Positions 45,792-56,061 of a stretch of 64,000 bases of DNA are shown piece after piece; within the stretch, counting starts at the first letter, position 1; the number at the start of each line of letters is the position of its first letter. A model generated the notes under the pieces. The model had not been told where the DNA came from. It did no database searches and saw only the letters and a program-made list of their open reading frames with translations. Position numbers and translations under genes: made by a program. The stretch is from the sequence record ON529860.1. One strand, given 5' to 3'.

Positions 45792-47579
45792 TTAGTCCAA
45801 CTCCAGTTCGGACCAATCCCGCACTTCAACGAGGGGGATGGAGTCCCAGGACCGATAGGTCCAAAAATCATGCTTCATGTTGAGGTGATCGGTGTCGAAG
45901 CGGACCCCGATGTGGAACTCAGCGCTGTCCATCGTCAGCACTTCCGGCGGGGTGAACGCCACGCCGTCGAAGTCCGTGGAATAGACGGAGGACGGGTCGA
46001 TGACGGCGATGCCGCCAAAGGCGCCGACGTATTTCCGGTCAGGGTCGTAAACCTGGTATTCGCCGCCGGATTCAGGGGTCCGCCGGGAGACCAGGACGCC
46101 GGACTCGGTATTGATGCTCCACATCCGGTCGCCGAACGGCGTGCCGGTGCCGCGCACCCAGCACAGTTCGCCGTTCAGCACCGTCTGGCCGTTGGTCAGG
46201 GCGTGGAAGGGCGTCAGGGACGGCGGCATACGCCGCGTCCAAGCCCATTTCCCTTCCTCAGGCAGAAACAGGCCGCACCAGTAGTCGTAGCTGTAGGACG
46301 AATTGTTGATCCCCTCCTCGCCATTCCAGAAGATCAGGAGCCCTTCGGTCTTCTTGTCGTAGAAGACGGCGTCGGGGCGGGCCGTGCTCGCCCCCCATTC
46401 GATCGCCGTCCACATCGTGCCGCCGAACCAGATCGACAGGGCGCATCCGTGACCCGGAGAGGAGTCGGGGAGGAAGTGCACGAAGGCGAAACCGTTCAGC
46501 TTGTAAGGGCACGCGCCACGATACCGCTGCGAGATCAGGCTGCCGCCGAACCGCCCCAGATCGGCGACCATGGTCAAGGTCTCCGTCGAGTAGATGCGCA
46601 CATAGCCGAAGCTGTCGCCGTTGAGCAGGAACTGCTCATTGGAGGACACGCATCCCGGTACGATCGGTTCCTGGATGACGGGGTTCCAAATGGTCGCCGG
46701 AGGACCCTTGGCGACGTATTGCATCGTCCGCCCGTCCACCTTCACCAGGGTGTTCGCCATTGTCAGGTAGACCATGCCGGCCGGGCTGACGCCGACGATG
46801 TGGTCGAAGGCCTCGCCGCCAGGCACCTGCATCGTCAGGTGGGTGGCCTGGGCGTCTTCCTTGGCCGTCGGCAGGTGGAACCGACGCAGAACGAAATAGC
46901 CCAGACCCGTGCCCGCCCAGCCTCGGACAAAAGCATGCCCGGACTCCGAGGCGTAGAACAGGACCGGTCGGGTCACCGAGCCGCTGGCGTAGCTGTTGCC
47001 GAGCAGGGCGCCGGGATCGAACGGAGGCAGGAAGGTCACGCGCTGATAAGGCGTCGTCGCCGCGTAACGACCGCCCCACATCGGCGTGTTCAGGGTCAGC
47101 TTGCCGGTGTTGTAGTCCAGCTTGTAGTGGCGGGACGCCGAGATCGACTTCGTCAAGGTCGATCCATCGATCTGAACGCCCTTTTCGGAGTTCCACTCTA
47201 CCTTCTCGATCCGGCGCGTCGTCAGGAACTCCTGACCGGTCGCCGACGTGTTCCGATATTCCTTGTGAAGCTGGTAGACGTGCGTGGCGTAGTCGCCCTG
47301 ACCGAGGGTGACGTTCTCCAGCCTATAGTCGTTGAAGTCCTTGAACCGAAACCCGTAGGCCCGGCCGCACCGGTTCATGAAGAAGGTCGTCAGGGCTTCG
47401 GCCTGGGCCTGCGACTTGACGCCGTGACTGACGTCGTATTCCGCACGGGTTTCGGGCCAGTGGTCGACCCGCGCCTCGAAGCCGGAGTCCGCTTCCCAGA
47501 CCGAGGTCTTGAACTTCGGTCCGCCCGACGATCCATAGGAAATGTCCGGCGGGAAGAGGATGTCGTGGAAATCGGACAT
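45792..47579 (-). CDS. Second DUF2460 distal tail protein with a ~390-aa insertion
   Basis: The same DUF2460 N- and C-terminal motifs flank a large insert. Confidence 0.85.
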   Translation of the reverse strand: MSDFHDILFPPDISYGSSGGPKFKTSVWEADSGFEARVDHWPETRAEYDVSHGVKSQAQAEALTTFFMNRCGRAYGFRFKDFNDYRLENVTLGQGDYATHVYQLHKEYRNTSATGQEFLTTRRIEKVEWNSEKGVQIDGSTLTKSISASRHYKLDYNTGKLTLNTPMWGGRYAATTPYQRVTFLPPFDPGALLGNSYASGSVTRPVLFYASESGHAFVRGWAGTGLGYFVLRRFHLPTAKEDAQATHLTMQVPGGEAFDHIVGVSPAGMVYLTMANTLVKVDGRTMQYVAKGPPATIWNPVIQEPIVPGCVSSNEQFLLNGDSFGYVRIYSTETLTMVADLGRFGGSLISQRYRGACPYKLNGFAFVHFLPDSSPGHGCALSIWFGGTMWTAIEWGASTARPDAVFYDKKTEGLLIFWNGEEGINNSSYSYDYWCGLFLPEEGKWAWTRRMPPSLTPFHALTNGQTVLNGELCWVRGTGTPFGDRMWSINTESGVLVSRRTPESGGEYQVYDPDRKYVGAFGGIAVIDPSSVYSTDFDGVAFTPPEVLTMDSAEFHIGVRFDTDHLNMKHDFWTYRSWDSIPLVEVRDWSELELD

Positions 47580-47609
47580 GGTCAGGGGGCGGCTCGGGAG
47601 AGAACAGCC

Positions 47610-47650
47610 TTGATGCCACGTCGGGACCTGTTCGTCAAGATTTCCGGCAA
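47610..47650 (-). promoter_or_regulatory. TTGCC-N7-TTGACG element upstream of the Dit genes
   Basis: Matches the motif; the -10 (CATCAA) is weak. Confidence 0.5.
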
Positions 47651-47681
47651 TGGGCGCCGTGAATCACGGCACCCATTACGC

Positions 47682-50600
47682 TTAGCTGAGGTTCCGGGTC
47701 GAGGCCCGCTTGAGGTCCCGGTTCTGCTGACGCTGGATCGAGCCCTGCGACTTGCGGAAGGCGTCCGGGTTGGGCGCGATGACCGTGATGTTCGACGTCA
47801 CGTTGGCGCCGCCCGAGGGAACATTGCCCATGTCGACCGGAACCGCCCGACCGTTCGGCAGGGGGATGATGGCTTCGTTCGGGTGAACGATCGCCGGCAT
47901 GCCGCCGTTGGAGGTGTTGGCGGTGCCCACGTCGTAGTGCGGCGCCTTGCCCCAGTCCATGCCGGCGTTCGAGACATAGCCGCCGTCGGCGAACTGTTTC
48001 ATGACGCCGGACGCCATTTCCATGTAGGTCCCCACCTTACCCCAGGTGCCGCCGGTCAAAATGTTGGCCCCGAAGTTGATCACATCCGCGATCGGGTTGG
48101 AATGAGCGGCGATGGCGGTGGCGTCCACGGTCACGCCACGATGCTCGCCGATGACGCCCTTGACGGCCTCGGGGTCCTTCTCAGGAGCCTTTTCCTTCTT
48201 GAACAGGTCCGCCAGGGTGCTGATCAGGGCCGCGCCTTGCATGAAGCCTGCGCCCCGCTCTTCCATGGTCCGCCCCTTGCCGAACATCTCACCGACGAAC
48301 GACAGCGGACTATCCGGCTTGCCGTTCTTGCCGCGTCCGAAGACGTTCGACATGGTCGGCTTGGTGAACTTCTCGCCGAAGTTGGTCTTGGCCGAGGAGA
48401 GCATGTCGGAGAACCAACCGCCGCCCGCGAAGCCGGGGAGGCCGTCGACCAGGCCGCCGTTGGCGTAGGCCTTGCCGTTGTTGATCGCTTCAAGGAGGGC
48501 GCGATTCTGCGACGTCGCCGCCGCGTTGATGACGAACTCGCCGTTGGACAGCCGGGCGTTGATGTCGTCCGAGCGCGGGCCGCCGCGCCCCGAGACATAG
48601 CCGCCGTCCGCGTAGAGACCGGTCAGGTCCGGGGCGAACGACTTGCCCTCGAAGGTGAACCCTTCGGTGGCGTCGCCCAGACTCGGCTTGGCGCTAGGCT
48701 TAGCGTCGCCCTTGCCGCCGCCTTTCGCCATTACAGCCGCTGCTTTTTCCAGCTTTTTGACGGCTTCCCCAAAGGCTTCGACCTGGGTCTTGAAACCTTC
48801 GGCCGCCGTGTTGAAGGTCGTGGGGACCTGCATCAACATCTGCGCCGCCGTATACAGCGCCGTCGCGGCTTGATCGTAACCGGCGCCGGCGTCGTCTCCG
48901 GACAGCATGACAGGGCCAGCGGAAGGAGCCGTCCCCATGGAGGACGTCGTGGACATCCGCTTCGTGGTTTCGCTCGTGGGGCTGGTCTCGCCGCCGATGA
49001 GATTGAAGGCCTTGCGCCAGAGCGGAGTCGTATCGCGCTCTGCCCCGAGACCGTGCGGCGTGGCGGGGGCGTGCCCCTGAACGGCGCGGGCCGGAGTCAT
49101 GCGGCCGAGCGACGACATGATCGGGCGCAAGCTGACCGGCGCCATCGGGTCCATGACCTCGCCGCCCAGCGCCGGCGACTTCAGGCCGAGCGACGTCATC
49201 GTGCGGTCCATCAGGCCCTGCACGTAATCCAGGGGTCCTGCGGGCGCCGCCGCAACAGCGGGGGCGGGCTTGTTGAGCAGGCCCGTCGAGATGGCGCCCG
49301 AACGCACGCCGCCGGCGTGATTCAGGGTGCTCTCAGCGGTGGTGTTCAACACGCGAGAGATGGCGCCGTCGGGATCGAAATAGGCGGCGATCGTCTTCAG
49401 CGCATTCGCTGCGTCGGTCAGGGCCTTGACCTCGGCGTTGATCGCATCCTGCTGATTCTTCTGAGCGTCGACCAACGCTTGCTGGGCCGCCAGGTCCGAC
49501 TGCGCGTCTGCCTTGGTCTTGTCGATCATCGCCACGGCGGCGTTATACTGAGCCGTCGCCGCCTCCAGCCCGGCTTGCGCCTCCGAGCCAGGCTTCTTGA
49601 CGCCCATGACGCCGAGCATGCCGCTGAGCGCGTCATCCACCGTCGCCTTCACGATCTGACGACGGATGTTCTTGAACATCGCCTGCCAATCGACGTCTTC
49701 GCCCATCAGTTCATCGGTGATGCCGTCCGAGAGGCCTTCCATGAAGGCGCCCTTGATGTTTTCCATGCGTCGGGCGAACGGCTCCAGGCCGTCGACCCAG
49801 GCTGCGAATCCGGGCGGGTTCTCGATGGTGTGGCGGGCTTCAGCCAGGGTCTTCGCCAGCTTCGCCATGACAGGCTCCGCCGCTTCAAGCTGCGCCAGGG
49901 TCGCGTTCGGCATGTTCGTCAGATCGCGCAGGATGTCGCGATACGAGGCGCGGTATCCGCGCATCGTCTTGTCCGTCGCCGAGTCGATGCCGTCGCTCAG
50001 TTCGACGATGATCGAACGCAGGGACTCAGCCTGATCCGACATGGCCTGCACGTCGGCCGTGCGGGACAGCGCCGTCAACAGAGCCGGGTTGGCCTCGACC
50101 TGGGCGCGCTTCTGATCGAAAGTGCCGCCTTGGACCGACTGGTTGATCAGGTCGTTCAGGTAGGTGTCGCGATTGGACACGACGCCGCTGGCCTTGCCGA
50201 CGCGCATCTGCGCTTCGTTCAAAGTGTCCATCAGGCGAACCTGGGCTTCCAGGGCCTTGGTGCGGTCGCGCTCCATTTCCCACTGCTGGCGCGCCGTGTT
50301 CAGGCTTTCGACCTGAATGTCCTTGCCGGTCAGTCTCAGGCCGTTGACGTGTTCCGTCCACTTGGCCTCGTCCTGCATCAACTCGATCGGGTAGCCCTGC
50401 TCCTTCATCTCATTGATGCGCTCCTGCCACTCGGCCTCCTTGCCCATGCCTTGCAGGGTCTTGAGCGTCAGGTCGTTGGTTTCGCGCGCCAGGCGGTTCG
50501 CCTTGGAGACGGGGTTCATCGCGTCTTGCAGTTCCTTCGCCTGACGGGCGATGGCGGCCGAGATTTGGTCGCGAATCGGCGAGGTCACGAGCGCGGCGTT

Positions 50601-53600
50601 CGGACCGTTCTTCTTGCGCAGTTCCTCATCCGCAGCGGCGATGTCGTTCAGCTTCTCCAACATGGCGTCGAAGGAGGCGTTCGCCTGCGAGGCCGGGTCC
50701 GGCAAGGCGAGAATCGACTGCATCGCCTTCCAGGTGTTGAGGTGCTTGTTCTGATCCTTTTCGATGTCGTCGGCTGCGGCGGCGGCCACGCCCGTGACCC
50801 CCGACGTGTCGAAGCCCTGCCCGCTCTGACCGACCTTGCGTTGTCCCCAGTTGTAAAGTTCCTGGAGGGTCGTGGAGCCGTTCTTGAACACCGGGTTCTT
50901 GTTGTATTGGTCCTGGTTGCCGACGCGGGCCTGGGCCACGGTCTGCGTGGGGTCCTGCGCATACTTCGCCAGCATGTTCTTGGCGCCGCTCGTTCCCAGG
51001 AAGTGGGCCAGATACTGCTCACCGGCGTTGGCGTCGCGCTTCAGCACGTCGCGCAGCGCCGCCTGGTTCTCCGCCATGTAGCGCGCCGTGGCTTCCATGT
51101 TCAGGTTGGCGTTGCGGCGCGGGTCGGCGGCGCCCATGGTGCGGCTGGTCACTTGCGGACCATCCTTCATGACGCGGTTCCACGTCCCCATGGTGAACTG
51201 GCCGAGGCCGACGGCGTCGCCGCCCGTCCCTGCAACGTCCTTGTTCCAGGTGCTTTCAGCCGCGATCAGGCGCGCCATGACAGCGGGATCGACGCCGTTT
51301 TTGGTCGCCGACGCCGTCATAGCGGCGCGGTATTGCGCAGGGACGGCCACGCCGCCCATGGCGGCGCGCTGATCCGCGTAGTCGTTGGTCATGGCGACAG
51401 TCCGCGCAGCGGTGTGCGCGGCGTAGTCGCGGTTCCAGGCCGCGCGCGTCTCTTGAGTCAGCGGCGTCGAGGACTGCGGCGCGATCATGTTGGTCGCCAG
51501 ACCCAGGGCCGGGTTCATCGCGCCGGCGACGCGCAGGCCGCCGCGCACCAGAGGGTTCTGCATCAGGGCGTTGACGGAGCCCGGACGCGCCGGCGCTTCC
51601 GCGCCAGGCGGGCGCGTGCGGGTGCCGAAGTTCGGCGCCAGGGCGTTCGGCCCAGCGGCCTGATAGTGATCGAAGATCGCCTTGGCGAGGTCTTCCTGCG
51701 AACCCGCCGTCAGGCGCTTGCCGCCGATGACTTGGGTGTAGGTCTGACGCGAGCCGGCGGCGGCCGCCGTCGGCGCGGCGGCCGGCGCAGCGGCCTGGGC
51801 CGCGCGCGCAGTCTCCACGTTCTGGGCGGTGCGCTGTTCAGCGGTCATGCTGGGGTTGGCGCGATCGAACGAGCCGTTCGCCAGGGCGTTGATGCGCTCC
51901 ATGACCGAGTTCACGGTCGGAACCTTGAAGTTGTCCTTCAGCTTGTTGGCGGCTTCCAGTTGCAGGTTCGCGGCGCGCAGTTGATCGTCCGCCGCTTTCT
52001 GGGCCTGAAGCTGACGCTCGGCTTCGCGCAGACGCTCGGCGGCGGCTTCGTTGCTGCGCTCGCCTTCGCGACGCTTGTTTGCAGCCGTCAAGGTCGCGGT
52101 GATGCCGTCCGTCATCCGCTTCTGGATCGAGTCCATGCCGTTGTCGGACCAGTCCTGGGCCATCGCGCCCATTTCCGCCTTGGCCCCGGCGACGTCGCCC
52201 GTGGCGGTCTTGTAGGCCGCCACCCCGAGGTGAACCAGGACGCCGATGGTGTCGCCCAGGACTTCGCCCAGGTAGGAGAGCAGCACCGTCGTGGATTGGA
52301 AGGCCATCCCCATGGCGTCCAGCGATTCTTGTACGCTGCCCGTGCCCAGCATCCGGCCGAACAGGTCCTGGAACCAGGTGCCCATCTTATCGCCGATGCC
52401 CGACAGCCATCCCTTCATGATGTCGCCGTACTTGACGGTGTTGTTGCCCAGCTTGGTCGTCTCGTCCGACAGGATCGCCAGGGCCGCGCCCACGCCGACG
52501 GCGGCGACGCCCAGGGCGCCGAAGGTCACGCCAAGCGCCATCGCGCCCGTCTTGAGCGCGCCCAACGCGGCCGTCGGCGCGGCGCGCGCAGCGGTCATCG
52601 CGCCCGCGCCCAGGGTGGACATGAGCGGCGTGCGTGCGGTCTGGGTCGCCAGTCCGGCGCTGCGCATGGCGAGCACGTCGGCGGTCGCGCCCGTCGGACG
52701 GGCGATGTTGGAGAATCGCGCGCGGCGGCCGAACCCGGACATCGGCGGGACGGCGGGCGCGGCGTTCATCTGCGCCAGGCGGCCGCCGCCAGGGGCGTGG
52801 CCGCGCGCGTTGCGCCAGTTCTGGATGTCGACCATGGTGGCGCCGCTCAGGGCCGCATCAGCGGCGAGCGCGGGTCCGTTGGTCTTGACCCGGCCGCGCG
52901 CCGCCGGAATCAGATCGCCGGCGATGTCGGAACCCTCGACGGCCTTCTTGGCGATCGCAAGCCCGGTGATGGCCTTGGTCAATTGCGTGATGGAGCCCAT
53001 CGCCGTCATGGCGGACTGGCCCCAGGACAGGAAGGTCTTAGCGACGAACAGGGTCGCGATCGCCTTACCGGCGAACATGACCTTGTCGAAGTTCTCCGCC
53101 AGCCAGGCGGCCGCGTCCGCCGCCTTGCGCGTCATCGACGCTAGGTTCTGCCCCAGTTGCTTGGCGAGGTCCTGGAACTTCGGCTTCAGCTTGAAGACGC
53201 CGTTTTCGGTGGTGCCGAACATCTCGGCCAGGCGGCTGAACTGGACGCCGAGTTCAGCGATGAAGCCGGACTTGCCGATTTCCTGTTGGAAGACGGTGAA
53301 GGCCGTCTTGAGTCGGTTCAACGCAACGTCAGGACGGTCCTTGACCAGGCCCATCAGTCCGCCGAACATAGTATTCAGTTCTTCAGCCCAAAGCTTAGTG
53401 AACTCGGGAGACATGATCTTACCAAGACTCATCTCCTTGAAGAACTGGGCCGTGGAGACAGCTTCCCCCTTCATGCGCTCCAACGCGCGACGGCCTGCTT
53501 CAGCGTTACCGGGGATTTGCTCGCCGATCTGACGCGAAAACTCTTCGGACGACACTTTTCCTTTCTGAATCATCTGGGTAAGCCCGTACATGGCGTAACC

Positions 53601-55007
53601 AGTTTGCTCAGCGGAGGCGCCGACAACTTGCAGAGTTTGAGTAACGGAGCGGAAGATCGCCGACGAATCTTGCGCGCTCATGCCCGCCGCGCCCGCCGAG
53701 ATGGTGAAGCGGCCGAAGGGCTCGGCGACCTGATCCAGGGCCAGACCCATGTCGAAGACCGTGCCGATGAACTCCTGCGTCGCGCGCTTGGAGCCTTCAG
53801 CCGATTTCGTGGAGAAGAGCATCGCCTTCTCCAGCTTCTGGAGTTCGATGTTGGCGTCGTAGACGCCCTTGATCAGTCCGCCGATGGTGAAGGCGCCGAA
53901 GGCGTGCGTGAACAGGGTCGAGGCCTGATAGGCCAGGTCGAACCGGTGGTTCAGGCCGCGCAGGCGCTCGCCCAGGGTGTAGGAGGACTTGCCGGCCTTG
54001 TCGGCCTGGGCCGAGTAATCGCCCAGCGATCCGCCGGCCTTGCCGGCGCCCGAGGCGGTGCTGTTCAAGGTCGGGCCGTGGTCGCCGCCTCCACCGCCCG
54101 CCGCCGCTGCACCGCGCCGGCGCCCGCCGCCGCCCAGGTTGAACCGGCCGCCCGGCATGGCGGAGAGGGCCGCCGCCGCGCGGGTGGCGGAGGCGGCGAT
54201 CATGTCGAGGTCATGCGCGACCGCGCGCGCGTTGGGGATGGGCTTGGCCGAAGCCAGCACCTTGAACATCTTGTCGAGGCGGTCGATCGAGCCCTTGCCC
54301 GGCGCCTTGAAGCCCTCCATGGCGCGACCGAACTCCAGCAGGGAGCGGGCGGTGGCGGGGTCGAACTTCAGGCGCTGCGAGCGGGCGGCGACCTCAATGA
54401 AGTCGACCCAGGACTTCAGCTTGGACTGGCTGATGGCGCGGGTCTTGGCCGCGTTGTCCATCGCCTGGGCGAACATGTTGAAGCCCACCATAGCGGCAGC
54501 GCCGCCGCCGCGCAGTTGCGCGGCGCGGGCGCCGACTTCGATGAACTTGACCCAGGAGGCCAGTTTGGAGGAGGAAATATCGCGGGTCTTGGCGGCGCGA
54601 TCCATCACGCCGATGAAGGAACCCATGGCGGCGACCGCGCCGCCGTCCATTTTCAGACGCGACGTCTGCGCGCCGATCTGGATGAACTTGGCCCAGGAAT
54701 CGATCTTGCCCTTTTCGATTTCCTTGGTGCGCGCAACGGCGTTCATCACCTGCGCGAACTCGGCGACGGCCTTGGTGCCGTCCGAGTTGATCTTGATCTT
54801 GTTGATCGCCGCAGCGACCTGGGCGAACCGCTCCATGTTCGCCATGGAGCCCTTGATCGCCCGATCGGCGCCGGACATGCCTTGCGACATGCCGGCCGCC
54901 ATCCGGTTCGCAGCCGCTCCCGTTTCGTCGAGCGCACGCGCCAGGGCGTGCAGGTCAGCTTGCGCCGAACCCGAGTCGATTTTTACGTTAAGCGGTTGAG
55001 TATCCAT
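47682..55007 (-). CDS. Tape measure protein (2441 aa) with a lytic transglycosylase domain
   Basis: Tape-measure domain (GLTQMIQKGKVSSEE), SLT motifs (LIAAESTWN, AVGLGQF, YLAHFLG) and C-terminal ADGGYVSGRGGPRSD...LSNGEFV. Confidence 0.93.
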   Translation of the reverse strand: MDTQPLNVKIDSGSAQADLHALARALDETGAAANRMAAGMSQGMSGADRAIKGSMANMERFAQVAAAINKIKINSDGTKAVAEFAQVMNAVARTKEIEKGKIDSWAKFIQIGAQTSRLKMDGGAVAAMGSFIGVMDRAAKTRDISSSKLASWVKFIEVGARAAQLRGGGAAAMVGFNMFAQAMDNAAKTRAISQSKLKSWVDFIEVAARSQRLKFDPATARSLLEFGRAMEGFKAPGKGSIDRLDKMFKVLASAKPIPNARAVAHDLDMIAASATRAAAALSAMPGGRFNLGGGGRRRGAAAAGGGGGDHGPTLNSTASGAGKAGGSLGDYSAQADKAGKSSYTLGERLRGLNHRFDLAYQASTLFTHAFGAFTIGGLIKGVYDANIELQKLEKAMLFSTKSAEGSKRATQEFIGTVFDMGLALDQVAEPFGRFTISAGAAGMSAQDSSAIFRSVTQTLQVVGASAEQTGYAMYGLTQMIQKGKVSSEEFSRQIGEQIPGNAEAGRRALERMKGEAVSTAQFFKEMSLGKIMSPEFTKLWAEELNTMFGGLMGLVKDRPDVALNRLKTAFTVFQQEIGKSGFIAELGVQFSRLAEMFGTTENGVFKLKPKFQDLAKQLGQNLASMTRKAADAAAWLAENFDKVMFAGKAIATLFVAKTFLSWGQSAMTAMGSITQLTKAITGLAIAKKAVEGSDIAGDLIPAARGRVKTNGPALAADAALSGATMVDIQNWRNARGHAPGGGRLAQMNAAPAVPPMSGFGRRARFSNIARPTGATADVLAMRSAGLATQTARTPLMSTLGAGAMTAARAAPTAALGALKTGAMALGVTFGALGVAAVGVGAALAILSDETTKLGNNTVKYGDIMKGWLSGIGDKMGTWFQDLFGRMLGTGSVQESLDAMGMAFQSTTVLLSYLGEVLGDTIGVLVHLGVAAYKTATGDVAGAKAEMGAMAQDWSDNGMDSIQKRMTDGITATLTAANKRREGERSNEAAAERLREAERQLQAQKAADDQLRAANLQLEAANKLKDNFKVPTVNSVMERINALANGSFDRANPSMTAEQRTAQNVETARAAQAAAPAAAPTAAAAGSRQTYTQVIGGKRLTAGSQEDLAKAIFDHYQAAGPNALAPNFGTRTRPPGAEAPARPGSVNALMQNPLVRGGLRVAGAMNPALGLATNMIAPQSSTPLTQETRAAWNRDYAAHTAARTVAMTNDYADQRAAMGGVAVPAQYRAAMTASATKNGVDPAVMARLIAAESTWNKDVAGTGGDAVGLGQFTMGTWNRVMKDGPQVTSRTMGAADPRRNANLNMEATARYMAENQAALRDVLKRDANAGEQYLAHFLGTSGAKNMLAKYAQDPTQTVAQARVGNQDQYNKNPVFKNGSTTLQELYNWGQRKVGQSGQGFDTSGVTGVAAAAADDIEKDQNKHLNTWKAMQSILALPDPASQANASFDAMLEKLNDIAAADEELRKKNGPNAALVTSPIRDQISAAIARQAKELQDAMNPVSKANRLARETNDLTLKTLQGMGKEAEWQERINEMKEQGYPIELMQDEAKWTEHVNGLRLTGKDIQVESLNTARQQWEMERDRTKALEAQVRLMDTLNEAQMRVGKASGVVSNRDTYLNDLINQSVQGGTFDQKRAQVEANPALLTALSRTADVQAMSDQAESLRSIIVELSDGIDSATDKTMRGYRASYRDILRDLTNMPNATLAQLEAAEPVMAKLAKTLAEARHTIENPPGFAAWVDGLEPFARRMENIKGAFMEGLSDGITDELMGEDVDWQAMFKNIRRQIVKATVDDALSGMLGVMGVKKPGSEAQAGLEAATAQYNAAVAMIDKTKADAQSDLAAQQALVDAQKNQQDAINAEVKALTDAANALKTIAAYFDPDGAISRVLNTTAESTLNHAGGVRSGAISTGLLNKPAPAVAAAPAGPLDYVQGLMDRTMTSLGLKSPALGGEVMDPMAPVSLRPIMSSLGRMTPARAVQGHAPATPHGLGAERDTTPLWRKAFNLIGGETSPTSETTKRMSTTSSMGTAPSAGPVMLSGDDAGAGYDQAATALYTAAQMLMQVPTTFNTAAEGFKTQVEAFGEAVKKLEKAAAVMAKGGGKGDAKPSAKPSLGDATEGFTFEGKSFAPDLTGLYADGGYVSGRGGPRSDDINARLSNGEFVINAAATSQNRALLEAINNGKAYANGGLVDGLPGFAGGGWFSDMLSSAKTNFGEKFTKPTMSNVFGRGKNGKPDSPLSFVGEMFGKGRTMEERGAGFMQGAALISTLADLFKKEKAPEKDPEAVKGVIGEHRGVTVDATAIAAHSNPIADVINFGANILTGGTWGKVGTYMEMASGVMKQFADGGYVSNAGMDWGKAPHYDVGTANTSNGGMPAIVHPNEAIIPLPNGRAVPVDMGNVPSGGANVTSNITVIAPNPDAFRKSQGSIQRQQNRDLKRASTRNLS

Positions 55008-55028
55008 TGGCCCTAAAGGGGATCACCC

Positions 55029-55855
55029 CTAGTGAGGGTTACCCAAAGCGTTGGTGCGCTGTTTAGAAGGTGGGGGCTTGTTGCCGTGTTTCTGCGCTTC
55101 CTTTTCTTGGGACTCCTTGACGAAGCCCATATACTTCTCGTCAAGACGCTCGACGTAGAAGAGGAAATCTTGAGACTGCTCGTAGCTGAACCGGCGGAGA
55201 CGGCAGTAAGCTTCGACTTCAGTGATCGGGATGCGCTGCGGGCCGGAAAAGCCAATGGGCCGCACGTTCGAGAGCCGCCAGAAGCCGTCCATTGCCCAGC
55301 GAAGGTCGTCGTAGACCGGAACCGGGGGAGGACCCTCGGGCTCAAGGGGTGGGAGCCCCTTGAGCGCGCGAGCCTCGTTTTTGAACGCCAGGGCCTTGAG
55401 GTCCTGGGGGGTGGACTTCAGCGTGCTTTCGAGCGCGCTTAGGAGTTTCCCACCCCGCCCTCGCGGGCCTCGTCCTTGAAGTTCTGCGCTTCGAGCGAGA
55501 ACTGGATGACGAAGTTCGCCATCTTGGGCAGGGCCTTCAGAATGGCGTAGGCTTCATCGGCGGTGTAGGGGACGATGACGCCGTCGGCGTTCTTCACGTT
55601 CTTCCAGTCGGCGATGACGGCGCCGGCCAGGACCCGCAGGCCGATTTCTTCGTTCTTGTCTTCGGGAATCTTGGAGCCGACGCGCACCAGTTGCGCGTAG
55701 GGCTTCATCAGGTCGTCGCGCAGATCGGACACGACCTTGGCGCCGAAGGCCCGAATCTTGAAGGCGGTGCCGGAGCCGAGTTCGACCCAGCGGCCGTGCT
55801 CTTCGCTCTCCTTGTTGGAGGCGAAGATGTCGAAGAGGTTCAGAGCGTCGCTCAT
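55029..55855 (-). CDS. Tail assembly chaperone gpGT (-1 frameshift product)
   Basis: After GGGAAAC, the -1 frame is open (KLLSALESTLK...WAMDGFWRL) and continues into track ORF 55029..55292. Confidence 0.8.
55439..55855 (-). CDS. Tail assembly chaperone gpG
   Basis: Lies between the tail tube and TMP; ends G-GGA-AAC-TCC-TAA. Confidence 0.85.
   Translation of the reverse strand: MSDALNLFDIFASNKESEEHGRWVELGSGTAFKIRAFGAKVVSDLRDDLMKPYAQLVRVGSKIPEDKNEEIGLRVLAGAVIADWKNVKNADGVIVPYTADEAYAILKALPKMANFVIQFSLEAQNFKDEAREGGVGNS
55445..55451 (-). other. -1 programmed frameshift slippery heptamer G GGA AAC
   Basis: X XXY YYZ pattern in frame, followed by an imperfect hairpin (AGCGCGCUCGAAAGCACGCU). Confidence 0.85.
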
Positions 55856-56061
55856 GAGGTTTTCCTTAAAGTCAGGGAGAGGAAAAGAGGGGCGCGTCCC
55901 TGGGGTACAGCGGGCAGCCGGGACGCGAAGCTGGCCGTGATCTTGTTCGAGCACCCTCGGGGAAGGGTGGGCGGTGCTGGCCCCGACTCCTGCACCGCCC
56001 TGCTCACGCGTGAGACTTTCGATGCCCGAAGGCGATCTCTGGTCTGTCGGGGAAAGAGGGG

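Noticed and set aside
27929-55016. Very long plus-strand ORFs, such as 30389..35527, 39560..43174 and 45870..53144
   Set aside because: These are antisense shadows of GC-rich minus-strand genes. They have no recognisable motifs, and the minus-strand frames carry clear family signatures.
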